A stretch of 64,000 bases of DNA, taken from assembly GCA_963823665.1 (NCBI GenBank), contig CAWGMQ010000003.1:512001-576000 (forward strand), given 5' to 3'. The notes under the pieces were generated by a model. It was not told the origin of the DNA and did no database searches. It worked only from the letters and a program-made list of their open reading frames with translations. This DNA comes from an uncultured Planctomycetota bacterium (lineage in GTDB: Bacteria; Planctomycetota; Planctomycetia; Isosphaerales; Isosphaeraceae). The position numbers were made by a program, and so were the translations under genes. Positions 1 through 10,931 of the stretch are shown piece after piece. The number at the start of each line of letters is the position of its first letter. The stretch's first letter is position 1.

Positions 1-87
1 TTCTCGGACCTGGAAGAGCGAATGCTTGAAATCGAGGAAACGCTTCGCCCGCCGAATGGGGCTGCGAGCGACTCGAGTTCGGGCTGA
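1..87 (+). CDS. 3' end of an unidentified gene entering from the left edge
   Basis: Frame 1 is open from base 1 (FSDLEERMLEIEETLRPPNGAASDSSSG) to TGA at 85-87; too short to identify. Confidence 0.35.
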   Translation, partial: FSDLEERMLEIEETLRPPNGAASDSSSG

Positions 88-104
88 ACGCTGACCAACC
101 AATG

Positions 105-697
105 TCAGGGAAGATTGTCGGCGACGGCAATTTGACCGACCTCAATGCCGTCGATCACAACGGGCGCAACGGAGCGCCGAGGAATGGTGCGTAGACGACC
201 CTTGTTCCATACCCGGCCGCCGTCGGATCCGTATAAGCTTCCACCTGGCGGTCGACCAGGTTGACTATCCAGTAGACAGGAATGCCGCTTCGAGCGTAAT
301 TGATCCATTTTTCGCCGCGGTCTCTTGGGAGCGTCGCGTCCGAAACTTCTACCAAGAGCGAGACGTCTTCCGGGCCAGGATGGCGATGCGCGTAGGCCTT
401 GGGATCGCCACGCACGATGGCGATATCGGGGCGTGGCTCATCGAAGTCTGGGATCCGAACCGGCTTATCCTCTCTCACGAATCGACCGCTGGGAAGCATC
501 GGTTGAATGCGTCCCTTGAGCAGTTCCGTCGCGAGCACGTGAGACGGCTTCATCTCGCCTCTTCCTACAATGTAGCCATCAATCAACTCGACCTGGTCGT
601 CGTCGAGCGAATCGGCGATCCGTTCGAACTCATCCACTGTGAAGCGGTAAAAAGGGGCCGGCGATTGCAACAATTGCGACGGTGTGATCGTGGACAC
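105..697 (-). CDS. Uma2/DUF820 family endonuclease (frameshift near C-terminus)
   Basis: YRFTVDEF, VELIDG, EPRPDIAIV, LLVEVSD and YARSGIPVYWIVNL motifs; GTG at 697 with AGGGG RBS; the typical tail PVVIDGIEVGQIAVADNLP lies in the 105..308 frame. Confidence 0.85.
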
Positions 698-926
698 GAT
701 CGAGGCCCCTTGAATCACGGTGTACGGCCAGGTGGCGATTCTTCAGAATTCTATCAACGCCGGCGACTGCCGGCCACCAGTTTCCGGGCTCTGCTCGCCG
801 GCACCCGTGAAAGTTGCCCCGTCGTATCGGGCGCTGGTAAAGTACATGGCATTGCTTGAGCAGGTCGCCGGTCGCCTCAAAGAATTCTTCGACCCGACGA
901 GTGGCTGACATTGATCGGGAAAATCG

Positions 927-2624
927 GTGCTGCGCGAACTTTCCGTGCAAAATCTGGCGCTCATCGAAGACGTGCGCGTCGAGCTCGAGGGTGGATATTG
1001 CGCCTGGACGGGCGAGACTGGCGCTGGGAAGAGCCTGCTTCTGACCGCGCTGGCGCTCGTGCTGGGCGGCAAGGCGTCCGCTGAGATGATCCGCACGGGC
1101 AAGACCGAGGCACGTGCGGCGGCGGTCTTCGATGTCGATCGACCTGCTCTCAAGGCCGAGATCGAAAGCACACTGGGAGGGGCGCTCGAGGACGGCGCGC
1201 TGATCATCACTCGACGGATCGCCGCGCAAGGGCGCGGCAGCGCCCACGTCAACGGGCTGCCCGTCACGATCAGCACGCTGGAAAAGCTGGGAGAGATCCT
1301 GGTCGACATCCACGGCCAGCTCGAGGGACGGGCGCTCCTCGACCCTGCTCGACAGCGTGACCTGCTGGACGCGTATGGGGGGCTCGGCGCGAAGCTCGCG
1401 GCTTACTCTCGGGCTCGGCAGAAACACGATGCCCTCCGCCGGCAGAGGCAAACGCTGCTCGAAGCCGTCGAGTCGCGCGAGCGGGAGCGCGCTTTGCTGG
1501 AGTACGAACGCGACGAGCTGGCTGGGGCGGAGCCGAAGCCAGGCGAGTACACCGAGCTGGCCCGCGAGGCCAATCTGCTGCGCAACGCCGGCCACATCCG
1601 ATCCGCAGCTTCGGCCGGTTATGCCCTGCTCTACGAAGCCGACCGATCGGCACAGGACGTGTTGACGCAGGTGGCACGATCGCTCGAGCCCTTGTCGGAG
1701 GCGGCGAACGAGCTGGCTTCGGCCGTCTCGACGCTCGAGCGGCTCGCTGATGAAACTCGCGAGGTCGCCTATAGCCTCCGCGGCCTTGCCCAGGGGTGGG
1801 GCGATGACCCCGGGCGGCTCGAGGCGCTCGAGACCAGAATGGCTGCCTACCGGCGGCTGGCCACGCGGTTTCACTGCACACCGGATGAGCTGGCGCCGCG
1901 ACTCGCCTCGACCGAAGCACGGCTCGAACGGTTGGAATGCGACGACGCCGAGCTGCGATCGCTCGAGAAACCGCTTGCCCAGGCTTGGACCGCGGTGAAG
2001 CATGAAGCGAACGAGCTCTCGATGGCGCGCCGGAAGCTCGCGAGGAACTTTCCGCGCGCCATTCAGAAACGGCTGGGCCCGCTCGGACTCGGCGGCTCGA
2101 CGGTCTCGGTTTCCGTGGAAACTCGCGAGCTGGGAAATGACCCGGCGGCACACACGCCGCCCGAATGGGGAGCGGATGAGGTTGAAATGCTTTTCTCGGC
2201 CAATCCCGGCGAAGTGCCGCGGCCGTTACGGAAGATTGCCTCCGGCGGCGAGCTCTCGCGACTCACGCTCGCCGTGAAAACGGTGCTGGCAGCCGTGAAT
2301 CGCGTGCCGACACTCATCTTCGACGAGATCGATACGGGCGTCGGCGGCCGGCTTGCACGGGCGCTGGGCCAGGCACTTGCCGAGCTGGCGCACCACCATC
2401 AAGTCATCTGCGTCACGCACCTGCCGCAGATCGCCAGCTTCGCAGAACGGCACTGGGCGGTTCGCAAGCGCATCGACCGCGGGCGCTCTCGCACCACGAT
2501 CACTCGTCTCGACGACAAGGATCGAATCGAGGAGCTTGCGGCCATGCTGCGCGGCGAATCCGCAGCCGAGGGCACGCGGAAGGAGGCCCTGGCTATGCTC
2601 CAGGAAGCGCGGGCGATCCGATGA
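927..2624 (+). CDS. recN: DNA repair protein RecN
   Basis: MLRELSVQNLALIE start, Walker A TGETGAGKS, DIHGQ, signature ASGGELSR, Walker B LIFDEIDTGVGG, CVTHLPQIA; 565 aa. Confidence 0.97.
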   Translation: MLRELSVQNLALIEDVRVELEGGYCAWTGETGAGKSLLLTALALVLGGKASAEMIRTGKTEARAAAVFDVDRPALKAEIESTLGGALEDGALIITRRIAAQGRGSAHVNGLPVTISTLEKLGEILVDIHGQLEGRALLDPARQRDLLDAYGGLGAKLAAYSRARQKHDALRRQRQTLLEAVESRERERALLEYERDELAGAEPKPGEYTELAREANLLRNAGHIRSAASAGYALLYEADRSAQDVLTQVARSLEPLSEAANELASAVSTLERLADETREVAYSLRGLAQGWGDDPGRLEALETRMAAYRRLATRFHCTPDELAPRLASTEARLERLECDDAELRSLEKPLAQAWTAVKHEANELSMARRKLARNFPRAIQKRLGPLGLGGSTVSVSVETRELGNDPAAHTPPEWGADEVEMLFSANPGEVPRPLRKIASGGELSRLTLAVKTVLAAVNRVPTLIFDEIDTGVGGRLARALGQALAELAHHHQVICVTHLPQIASFAERHWAVRKRIDRGRSRTTITRLDDKDRIEELAAMLRGESAAEGTRKEALAMLQEARAIR

Positions 2625-2661
2625 GAGCTCGGTTTTCGGAGCACAGGGGAAACGCCCCGCG

Positions 2662-4523
2662 ATGACGGCATTTCGATTTCGCCCGAGCATTGCACGGATC
2701 ATATTATTCATCGCCGCCATCGGCGTCACGCTGGCGGCGGCCAGGTTCAAACTGCTGCTCGGCTGCCTGCTGGCGGCGGCGATCCTGGTGGTCGCCGGTC
2801 GGAACTTGCTCACCAATCTCCTCGAGGCTCTGAATCGCAGGAAGGTCGGACGACTTGGCGTCATCGTCTTGACGTTCTTGATTGCAGGGGCGCCGTACGT
2901 TCTTTTCTTCGACCCGGTTGATTACTGGCCCGGGCGCCGGCATGTCGCCCGGGAGCCACTGGCCTTGTACGTTCTGTTCAGCGACGACGTCCCGTACATC
3001 TCGGCCTCGCGCAACTGGGCGCGGACGGTGTCAAACCTGTTCGAGCCGCACAACACCCACATCGTGCCGGCATGGCGGATCTTGACCTGGGCGCTCGTGC
3101 GAGCCGCGGGAACTCTGGAGCGCATCCCTCAAGTCTTCGCAGTGGCGTCGTATTCGATCTTGGTTGCGGTGATGCTGCTGGCCGGCCGCGTGGCGGCGCG
3201 AGAGAGCGGGCGAACGGCGGTCGGCCTGGCGGCCATGGCGCTCATCGGGACGACATCGGTGATGCTCACACCCGCGAGCTGGTACTCGGCTGGTCAGCCC
3301 CTCTGGGCCGGGTTCGGGATCCTTACAGCCCTGTGGTATGTGCAGTCCTATCGGCGGTCGGGGAATCGATGGGCGCTGGCACTCGGAGGCGCGGCCACCG
3401 TGATCGCGGGGTGGCTGTGGACCATCGGCCACGTGGCCGGCCCGGCGGCGGCGGTTTATCTCTGGTGCGCGGGAAGCCGGCGATGCCGGCGTGCCGCGAT
3501 TGCCCCGCTGGCGGCGACCGCATTCGCGGTTGGCCTGGCGCTGGGCCTGGGTGGGCGCCATATCGACAGCACGATCAGCTTCCATGGCCGCGACGTGCGC
3601 TCCGCGGCGAACCCCGTTCAAGGGCTCGTTCATACCTGTCAGGCCATTCCGGAAAACCTGGTTTTCGCCAACCTGGGCCTGTCCGCCCAGACCACACCCA
3701 ACCAGGGCGTGCTGCTCTCGCTGCTCTTGTTCTTTGCCTGGAGCGCTCGTGCCTGGATCAGACGCCGGGCGGGAGGCGGAGAGCGGCCGTTTTCACCGCT
3801 GGAATGTGCGGGCTTCGCGATCATGATGATCGCATATCTCGTTGAATGGACTTTCCGTGGTTACATGGAGTTTCGGTATCTGCGCACGATCAACTTGCGA
3901 TTTACTGTTCCGTGGTACGACGCGGTCCCGCAGATCGGTGCGGTTCTCCTGGTAGCTGGGCTATGGACTCGGCATCGACCGGGCGGTCAGAAGTCGCCTC
4001 GTGCACCGAACTGGACTTCGCCGACGCAACTGGAATGCCTGGGCGTGTGTTTGCTCGTCGTTGTGCTGGTCGGGCTCAATCGTCCGCGAGTGGCAGCGCT
4101 CGTGAGGGCAAGCGTGCCGTCGCTGGCCCTGTCGGAGCGAAAGGCGTTCCCGGTCGCGCGGCTCCAGACCATGCGGGCAAACGTGTTACTGATGTACCGC
4201 GCCTCTGGCAGAGCCGGAACCTGGGCCAGCTCGTCGAGTGCGAGCAGTTGGCGAGCCGGATGGGATGGGGCCGCGACACGATCCGTGCCGCTTTCGGACA
4301 CCGATTCCTGCCGGGCGGGGGCAAACCGTCGCGTGTGGAGGATTATGATCACTATGACGCCGCCGCGCTACTGGATCTTCCTGACCGCGGCCAGCCGGCA
4401 GACCTTGCGAGTGTGCGGGAAACTCTTGAGGCGTTTTACGCGGTGGAACCCGAGCCGCGGCCGAGCTGGATCATGCCGAAGGAGCCCTGGCCGCCGGTGG
4501 ACGCCGGGGGTGCATCTCAATGA
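2662..4523 (+). CDS. Polytopic membrane protein, possibly GT-C-like glycosyltransferase (frameshift ~4200)
   Basis: Many hydrophobic segments, FSDD and PHNTHIVP motifs in the first loop; C-terminus continues in the 3846..4523 frame. Confidence 0.6.
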
Positions 4524-4544
4524 TTTGAATTCGCAGACAGCGTT

Positions 4545-5927
4545 TCAGAACGGCGATCCGCCGGCATCCATGGGGGGCTCGGCAATCGTGGCAAGGTTCT
4601 CGAACCGGGTGATCTTGTTGATGAATGCAAGTTTGGAGCTACCGGTCGCTCCGTTGCGGTTCTTGGCGACGATGAGCTCCGCGACTCCGGGCAGTTCTTT
4701 GGGGTCGTAATACTCGGGGCGGTGGAGGAGCAGGACGATGTCGGCATCTTGCTCGATAGCACCCGACTCGCGCAGGTCGGCCATCCGCGGTCTTTTGTCT
4801 TCGCGGTTTTCGACCGCTCGGTTCAACTGGGACAAGGCAATCACGGGAACCCTGAGCCTGCGAGCCATTCCCTTCAAGCGGCGGCTGATCTTGGCGATCT
4901 GCTCCTGCCGGCTATCGCGGGAGTCTTCCGCATCGACGAGCTGGATGTAATCCAGGATGATCAAGCGAACCTGGTGCCGGCGGCACATTCTGCGTGCGTT
5001 GGCAATCACCTGCAGCATGTTCCGGGTGGGTGTGTCATCGATGAACACGGTTGGCGGGTCCGGGGTCAGCTCGTTGAATGCCCTGCCGAGCTGTGTGAGC
5101 TCGTGGTGGCCCAGACTGATGCCCGTTCTGAGCTTGTGGCCGTCGACTCGGGAGCGGGAGCAGAGCATGCGCTCGCCGATTTCCAGGCGGCCCATTTCCA
5201 GGCTGATGAAGAGGACGGGGAGCTTGAGGTCGATGCCGGCATGTTCGGTGATGTTCAAGGCCAGCGCGGTCTTGCCCATGCTGGGGCGTGCGGCGAGGAT
5301 GATGAGCTGGCCGGGATGGAAGCCGCCGGTCAGGTCGTCGAGATCGAGCAGGCCCGAACCGACGCCGGTGACGGCGTGTCCACCGGATTCGGCGCGGATC
5401 ATGATCTGATCCATGGACTCCTTGACGATTTCCTTGAGCTCGAGCGTTTCGCCGCGGACCTGGTCCTCGGCGATGCTGAAGACTTTGTGCTCGGCCGATT
5501 CGAGCAGCTCCTGGGCGGTGAACTGGTTCGAATAACCGTCGCGGATGATTTCGGTCGCGAATTCGATCAACTGGCGGTTGGTCGCCTTTTCCTTGACGAT
5601 GTTGGCGTAGTAGGTGGCGTTGGCCGCCGTCGGAACGCTCTCCACGATCTCGGTCAGGATGTCGTGACCGCCGATCTGATCGAATTGATTGCGCTTCTTG
5701 AGCTCCTCGGCCAGGGTGACGGCATCGATCGCCTTACCGGCTTCATACAGGTCTCGAATGGCCGCGTAGATCACCTGGTGGGCGTCGCGGTAGAAATCCG
5801 ACGGGCGCAGAAAGCCGACGATGTCGTGGAGGGGCTCGTTGTCGAGCAGAATGCTGCCCAGAACGCTGCGCTCGGCTTCGAGGTTCTGGGGTGGAAGTCG
5901 GTCGCTCGGGGAGGGGGATCCTGTCAT
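4545..5927 (-). CDS. dnaB: Replicative DNA helicase DnaB
   Basis: PPQNLEAERSVLG, AARPSMGKT, ISLEM, IILDYIQL, ALSQLNR, DLRESGAIEQDAD, AKNRNG; no intein. Confidence 0.98.
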   Translation of the reverse strand: MTGSPSPSDRLPPQNLEAERSVLGSILLDNEPLHDIVGFLRPSDFYRDAHQVIYAAIRDLYEAGKAIDAVTLAEELKKRNQFDQIGGHDILTEIVESVPTAANATYYANIVKEKATNRQLIEFATEIIRDGYSNQFTAQELLESAEHKVFSIAEDQVRGETLELKEIVKESMDQIMIRAESGGHAVTGVGSGLLDLDDLTGGFHPGQLIILAARPSMGKTALALNITEHAGIDLKLPVLFISLEMGRLEIGERMLCSRSRVDGHKLRTGISLGHHELTQLGRAFNELTPDPPTVFIDDTPTRNMLQVIANARRMCRRHQVRLIILDYIQLVDAEDSRDSRQEQIAKISRRLKGMARRLRVPVIALSQLNRAVENREDKRPRMADLRESGAIEQDADIVLLLHRPEYYDPKELPGVAELIVAKNRNGATGSSKLAFINKITRFENLATIAEPPMDAGGSPF

Positions 5928-6185
5928 CGCCAGAAGCAGCTCCGCGGTAAGGCCGGTGCTTTTTCAATCTGCCGAGGCCGCGTGCGGCGAGGGCGACATG
6001 CGGGATCGGCCGCCGCCCGGTCGGGAGAGGCGGACGCTCGGCCAAGATATTTTAACCTATTTCGGGCTGCAAAATCTCAGCGAGCGGCCAAATCCGGTAG
6101 ACCGGCTTTCACCCGATCAACGATAATCGATTAACGAGACGATTGCTGTCGCAGAATCAGGGTCAAGACAAGGCGAAGCTTACCG

Positions 6186-7135
6186 ATGACGCGAATCGTT
6201 CTGAAAATCGGGTCGATGCTCCGGCGGCGGGATTGGTTCTGGCGGTCTCGGCCGCGGCGGCATTCCAATCGCCGAAAACGGCGGATCCGCCGCCGGCGCG
6301 GCGACCCAGATCGGCCGCTCGTTTCAGATACCTTACCGGCTCACTGAAACCAACCATTTCCTGGTGCGGGTGCGGCTGAACGGCAAGGGGCCGTTCAACT
6401 TTCTGGTCGATTCGGGTGCTCCGGCGCTCTACGTCGCGACCGAGACGGCCAAGAAGATCGGGCTGAAGTCCGGATCCGGCCGAATTCTGGACGCCCATCG
6501 ATCGGCTCGATCTGGAGGGCGGCGCGCGGCTCGACCGCGTCAAGGCTCGGGTTGAGGATCCGTTTCAGCTCGTCGGGATGAATGCCCTGGGGCTTCCCGG
6601 CGCGTCGATCGACGGAATTCTCGGGTTCACCATTCTGGCAAGATTCCGGCTGGAAATCGATCTGACACAGGACCGCATGACGTGGACGCGGCTGCGCGCA
6701 CGAGCCGCGCGACCCACCGGTGCCGAAGCGCCCGCCCGGCGGAAACGCACCCCAGCCTCCGCTTGGCGTCCGGGCGATGAGCAGCACTGGGGTCAGTCGC
6801 CAAGGGGCTGGCGCTCTTCGTCGGCAAGCAGCCGGAGGAGGAGCAGCGCGGGCGGGGCTTTCTCGGGCTGGAATGGACCGAGCAGGTCGAAGCAGGACGG
6901 CAGGAGGTCGAGGTCAGTCGCGTGCTGGCCGGCTCGCCGGCCTCGGGCGGCGGGCTTCAAGCCGGAGACCGGATCAAGAAGATCAACCGCCGCGAAATCG
7001 AGGGCATCAAAGGCGCTCGCGCCGCACTTGCGACGGCGCAGCCAGGCGATGTGGTCCGCATTCTTGTCCGCCGCGGATCGGGCACTGACCATCGCGATCT
7101 GGAGCTCGAGCCTCACCGTCGGGGAGGGACTCTGA
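6186..7135 (+). CDS. Aspartyl protease (retropepsin-like) plus PDZ domain, paralog 1 (several frameshifts; start approximate)
   Basis: Pieces across frames: NHFLVRVRLNGKGPFNFLVDSGAP, DGILGFTILARF, PDZ-like GFLG...VLAGSPA...GLQAGDRIKKIN. Confidence 0.7.
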
Positions 7136-7137
7136 CC

Positions 7138-8113
7138 ATGGAGATCGAAACAATCGCCGCCTTCCCCGAGCCGCGGCCGGTGCGGCCCCGGCTGTACGGC
7201 CGATCCGCTATCTGGACCAGCGGCATCACCGCAGTCCTGGCTTTTTCCGCGGGTCTGGCCGAGACGACGACCTGTGTCGCATTCGACCCGCAGGCACCCG
7301 GCCCGGCAGCGACCGCCAAGGGGACACTCGCAACCAAGGCAGACAAAGCAGACCAGTCCAGGTCGAAGGCGACGGTTTCCTTCGAGATGCTGGTGACCAA
7401 TCACATGCTGGTTGACGCAAAGATTAATGGTAAGGGTCCGTTTCGCTTGATTTTCGACCTGGGTGCACCGGTGACTTTGCTGAGTAACCGAGCAAGCGAG
7501 GCTGCGGGAGTCGTCAAGCCCGATGCGCCGAAGTCGTTCTTGTTTGGAATGAGAGGAGAAGCCGAGGTCAACCGGCTGCAAGTTGGTGATCTGACGGCAG
7601 ATAAGTTGCCGGTCATCGTCCTGGACCACCCTGTGCTCTCGGCGCTCGAGGACGTGACGGGACGGAAGATCGACGGAATCATGGGCTTTACATTTTTCGC
7701 CCGCTTCAAGACCACCATCGACTACCACGCTCGGGAGATGAGCTTCGAGCCCATTACCTATCAGGTCCGCAACCTGCTCAAGGAGCTTCCAGACCGGTTG
7801 ATGGGTCCCAAGGTGGCCCAGCGGCGGGTGGTGGCGCCATCGGGACTGTGGGGGCTTCGTCTGGGTGAACAAGCCAAGGGTGTCCAATCCCAGGGTGCTG
7901 CCGATTCTGAAGGTCCTGGAAGGCTCCCCTGCGGGCCAGGCCGGGCTCAAGGCCGGTGACATCCTCACAACGATCGACGGGCGCTGGGTCACGTCCGTCG
8001 CGGATGCCTATCACGCCGCCGCGAAAGTTCCTCCTGGCCAGCAGGTCACGATCGTGATTGTGCGGGACGGCAAGGAACTTTCGCTCTCGATCAAACCAGC
8101 GAACGGAATATGA
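7138..8113 (+). CDS. Aspartyl protease-like plus PDZ domain, paralog 2 (frameshift ~7890)
   Basis: NHMLVDAKINGKGPFRLIFDLGAP, DGIMGFTFFARF; PDZ VLEGSPAGQAGLKAGDILTTIDG in the 7865..8113 frame. Confidence 0.8.
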
Positions 8114-9250
8114 GCGATTCAACCACAGCGCTCTCAGGCTCCGCAAGGAGCGTGCTCGTTATCGGCGCGGGTGTCAGCGGGCTCACAAGCGCTCTTTGCC
8201 TGCTGCGAAGAGGCTTCGCGGTGACGGTGCTCGCGGATTCGTTCGCGCCGCGCGTAACCTCGGTTGTTGCCGGGGCCTTGTGGGAATGGCCTCCGGCCGT
8301 GTGCGGCTACCATCGCGACATCTTGTCGCTGGCGCGCTCGAAGGCGTGGTGCCGCTCATCACTTCAGATGTTCAGCGAGCTCTCGCTTCGACCAGCCGGA
8401 GACCGGCGTCTTCGTCAGACCCGTCTCCTATTACTTCAAGCGGCCGATCGAAGAGGATCCCTTCCATCTGGCGAAGATGGAAGACCTCAAGGACGAAGTT
8501 GCCGGTTTCCGGCATGATCGGGCGCTGATCGCGGAACACAGGGTCAACCCGGACCTGGGTCTGCAGGACGCGTACACTCATCTGGCTCCCATGGTCGACA
8601 CCGACACCTATATGCAATGGCTGTTTCGTGAGACTCGCAACGAAGGCTGCCGGGTCGTCGAAGGCAGGGTCAAGGGACTGCTTTCCGCCCAGGTACAGGC
8701 CCTGGCGGGGGAATTCAGGGCGGAGGCCATCGTCAACTGCGCCGGCCTGGGGTCCAGGGAACTCACCGCAGACTCGATGTATCCCCTTCGAGGTGCACTC
8801 GTGCGGGTGAAGAACGATGGGCGGGCCATGTCCCGGATCACCGACGCACATTGCATCTCACTGGACCACACTGGTCCGGAGCAGTCGTTCGTTTTCATCG
8901 TGCCGCGCGGCGAGGACATGCTGGTCCTCGGTGGCCTGGCAGAGCCGGACGAGTGGGACCTCGAGATTGGCCTGCATAATTACGATCCGGTCCGCCAGAT
9001 GTACCGGCGCTGCGTGCAGTTCATGCCGCGGCTGGCGAACGCCGAGATCGATGCTGCGGAGCCGGTTCGCGTCGGACTAAGGCCAATGCGCAACCCGGGC
9101 GTTCGCCTGGAAGCAGAGCCGCGGGCCCGCATCGTCCACAATTACGGACACGGCGGCTCGGGAGTGACGTTTTCGTGGGGCTGTGCTCTCGAGGTCGTCG
9201 ACCTGGTCGAACGCATGATCTGCTCCGAGGCGGCTGCCGGTCGCGCATGA
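8110..9250 (+). CDS. FAD-dependent D-amino-acid oxidase family protein (frameshift ~8390)
   Basis: VLVIGAGVSG FAD motif, TSVVAGALW, IVNCAGLG, VRVGLRPMR, VHNYGHGGSG; ORFs 8110..8517 and 8264..9250 join. Confidence 0.88.
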
Positions 9251-9330
9251 GAGAAACCTCACCCCCCCGCGAGCCGATTCGATCATCGGCCTCGGCCGGG
9301 TCGACAGCCACTTGTTGCGTACGCTCGCGA

Positions 9331-9972
9331 TCAGGCGTGTGGATCTTCGGAATGCGTGGGAACGACCCAGAGCTTGACCTCGCCGACGATGTCCGCCGCG
9401 AGCTGCACCTTGATGGAATAGAGGCCCAGCTCCTTGAGCGGCCCCTCGATGCGAACGCTCTCGGATTCGATAGGAAAACCTTCGCGCCTCAGCGTTTCCG
9501 CGATCTGGTCGGAGTTCACCGAGCCGTAAAGGTGACCTTCGGCGTTCGCGTTGGCCTCAATCGTGAGCGACCGCTGGCCGATCTGTGCCGCCAGATTTTG
9601 AAGGTCGGCCCGTCGCGCTTCCTCGAGAGCTCGCAGCCGCTGACGATGTTTCTCGACCATTCGCAGGTTATTTGCAGTCGCAAAGGTTGCCATTCCCTGC
9701 GGGACCAGGTAGTTGCGCGCGAAGCCGGGGCGAACCTTGACCAGATCGCCGGACTGCCCGACCAGGGGCACGGTCTGGGTCAGGATGAGCTGGATATAAC
9801 CGTGCTTCGCCCGGCTCGGGTGATTCTGGCGGCGCTCAACGCCCGGCTTACGCGGCGGACCGGCGGGCGCTGCTTGCTGAGAACCTTCTGCCGTTCGAGG
9901 GTGACTCTTTCCGGTCGCAGTCTTGGAGGAGGATTTCGGAGCCTTCGTTTTGGTATCAGTCGTCTTGGCCAT
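9331..9972 (-). CDS. rplI: 50S ribosomal protein L9 with N-terminal low-complexity extension
   Basis: GQSGDLVKVRPGFARNYLVPQGMA, GHLYGSV, GPLKELGLY. Confidence 0.95.
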   Translation of the reverse strand: MAKTTDTKTKAPKSSSKTATGKSHPRTAEGSQQAAPAGPPRKPGVERRQNHPSRAKHGYIQLILTQTVPLVGQSGDLVKVRPGFARNYLVPQGMATFATANNLRMVEKHRQRLRALEEARRADLQNLAAQIGQRSLTIEANANAEGHLYGSVNSDQIAETLRREGFPIESESVRIEGPLKELGLYSIKVQLAADIVGEVKLWVVPTHSEDPHA

Positions 9973-10024
9973 GAGAATCCCGATCTTGGTGATTCAACCG
10001 CACCCGAACAGGGCGGAAGCTGAT

Positions 10025-10143
10025 GTCAGGCGGAAAGCGTGACTGGCGGGGAAAGCCAGTGCCAGGCTTGAGCCTGAACGGCTGGAAACGAACGTCAGGC
10101 CAAAGCCTGACCCACGGGGACGTCAGGCAAGAGCCTGACCTAC
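10025..10143. repeat. Cluster of GTAG-type REP-like palindromes (GTCAGGC-n-GCCTGAC)
   Basis: Four hairpins: gtcaggcggaaagcgtgac, gccaggcttgagcctga, gtcaggccaaagcctgac and gtcaggcaagagcctgacctac; the last ends in CTAC (GTAG on the minus strand). Confidence 0.75.
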
Positions 10144-10298
10144 AATTGGCGAACCCTATGTTTGTAACCTGGAAAGCGTCTTGAACCAAGGTGTGCATCT
10201 GTGCGCATCGGCTGAGAAAGGGGTCGCTCTCCCCCACATCGCTCGTCCGAATACGAGCGCCAGGGAACGCGACCGACGTCGGTGTGTATGGGGCGACA

Positions 10299-10877
10299 TC
10301 AGAAGGGAATGTCTTCCGCTTCATCGTCGCGGGCGACTGCTGCGGATGGTCTCGCAGACCCACCGCTCGGCTCGACGGAAGCATCGGAACCACCGGAACC
10401 ACCGGAACCACCGCGCACTGCGCTCGTGGCAGCGGATGAGCTTCGACTGGATGGGGACGACGAGCTGCGCCGCGGGCTCGACTCGCGTCCTGGGTTCATC
10501 TCGTCGTCAGAAGAGCCTCCTGGCTCACTCAATGAATCACCGCGACGGCTGTCGAGGAACTGCACGCGATCAGCCTGCACGCGAATTTTCGAGCGCTTTT
10601 CGCCGGTGCTCTTGTCCTCCCAGGTGTCCATCTTGAGCGAGCCCTCGACGTGGATCCCGCTCCCTTTCCTGAGACGCTCGCAGCAGATCTCCGCCTGGCG
10701 ATCCCACACGGTCACATCGATGAAGAGCTTTTCCTCGCGGCGCTCGCCCTCGCGCGACATCCACGAGCGGCTGGTGACCAATCGTAGTTCGGCCACGGCC
10801 GTACCGGAGGGAGTGCGGCGCAACTCGGGATCGAACGTCAGGCTGCCCATCAAGAAGACTCTGTTCAAGTCGGCCAT
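10299..10877 (-). CDS. ssb: Single-stranded DNA-binding protein
   Basis: MADLNRVFLMGSLTFDPELRRTPSG OB fold, G/S-rich linker, acidic EDIPF C-terminus; GGAG RBS. Confidence 0.96.
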   Translation of the reverse strand: MADLNRVFLMGSLTFDPELRRTPSGTAVAELRLVTSRSWMSREGERREEKLFIDVTVWDRQAEICCERLRKGSGIHVEGSLKMDTWEDKSTGEKRSKIRVQADRVQFLDSRRGDSLSEPGGSSDDEMNPGRESSPRRSSSSPSSRSSSAATSAVRGGSGGSGGSDASVEPSGGSARPSAAVARDDEAEDIPF

Positions 10878-10931
10878 CGCCAATTCTCCTCGGGATGAAT
10901 TCCTCGGCAACGAACTCAGAAACCTCGGGGC

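Noticed and set aside
630..2153. Long antisense ORFs (also 4722..6134, 45126..46760, 50613..52565, 52928..54517)
   Set aside because: Shadow frames of real high-GC genes on the opposite strand, with no recognisable motifs.
10386..10412. GGAACCACC 9-bp repeat as a nonamer-family arm
   Set aside because: It encodes the Gly-Gly-Ser linker of SSB, lacks the ACGAAA/GCAGAT core and has no partner arm.
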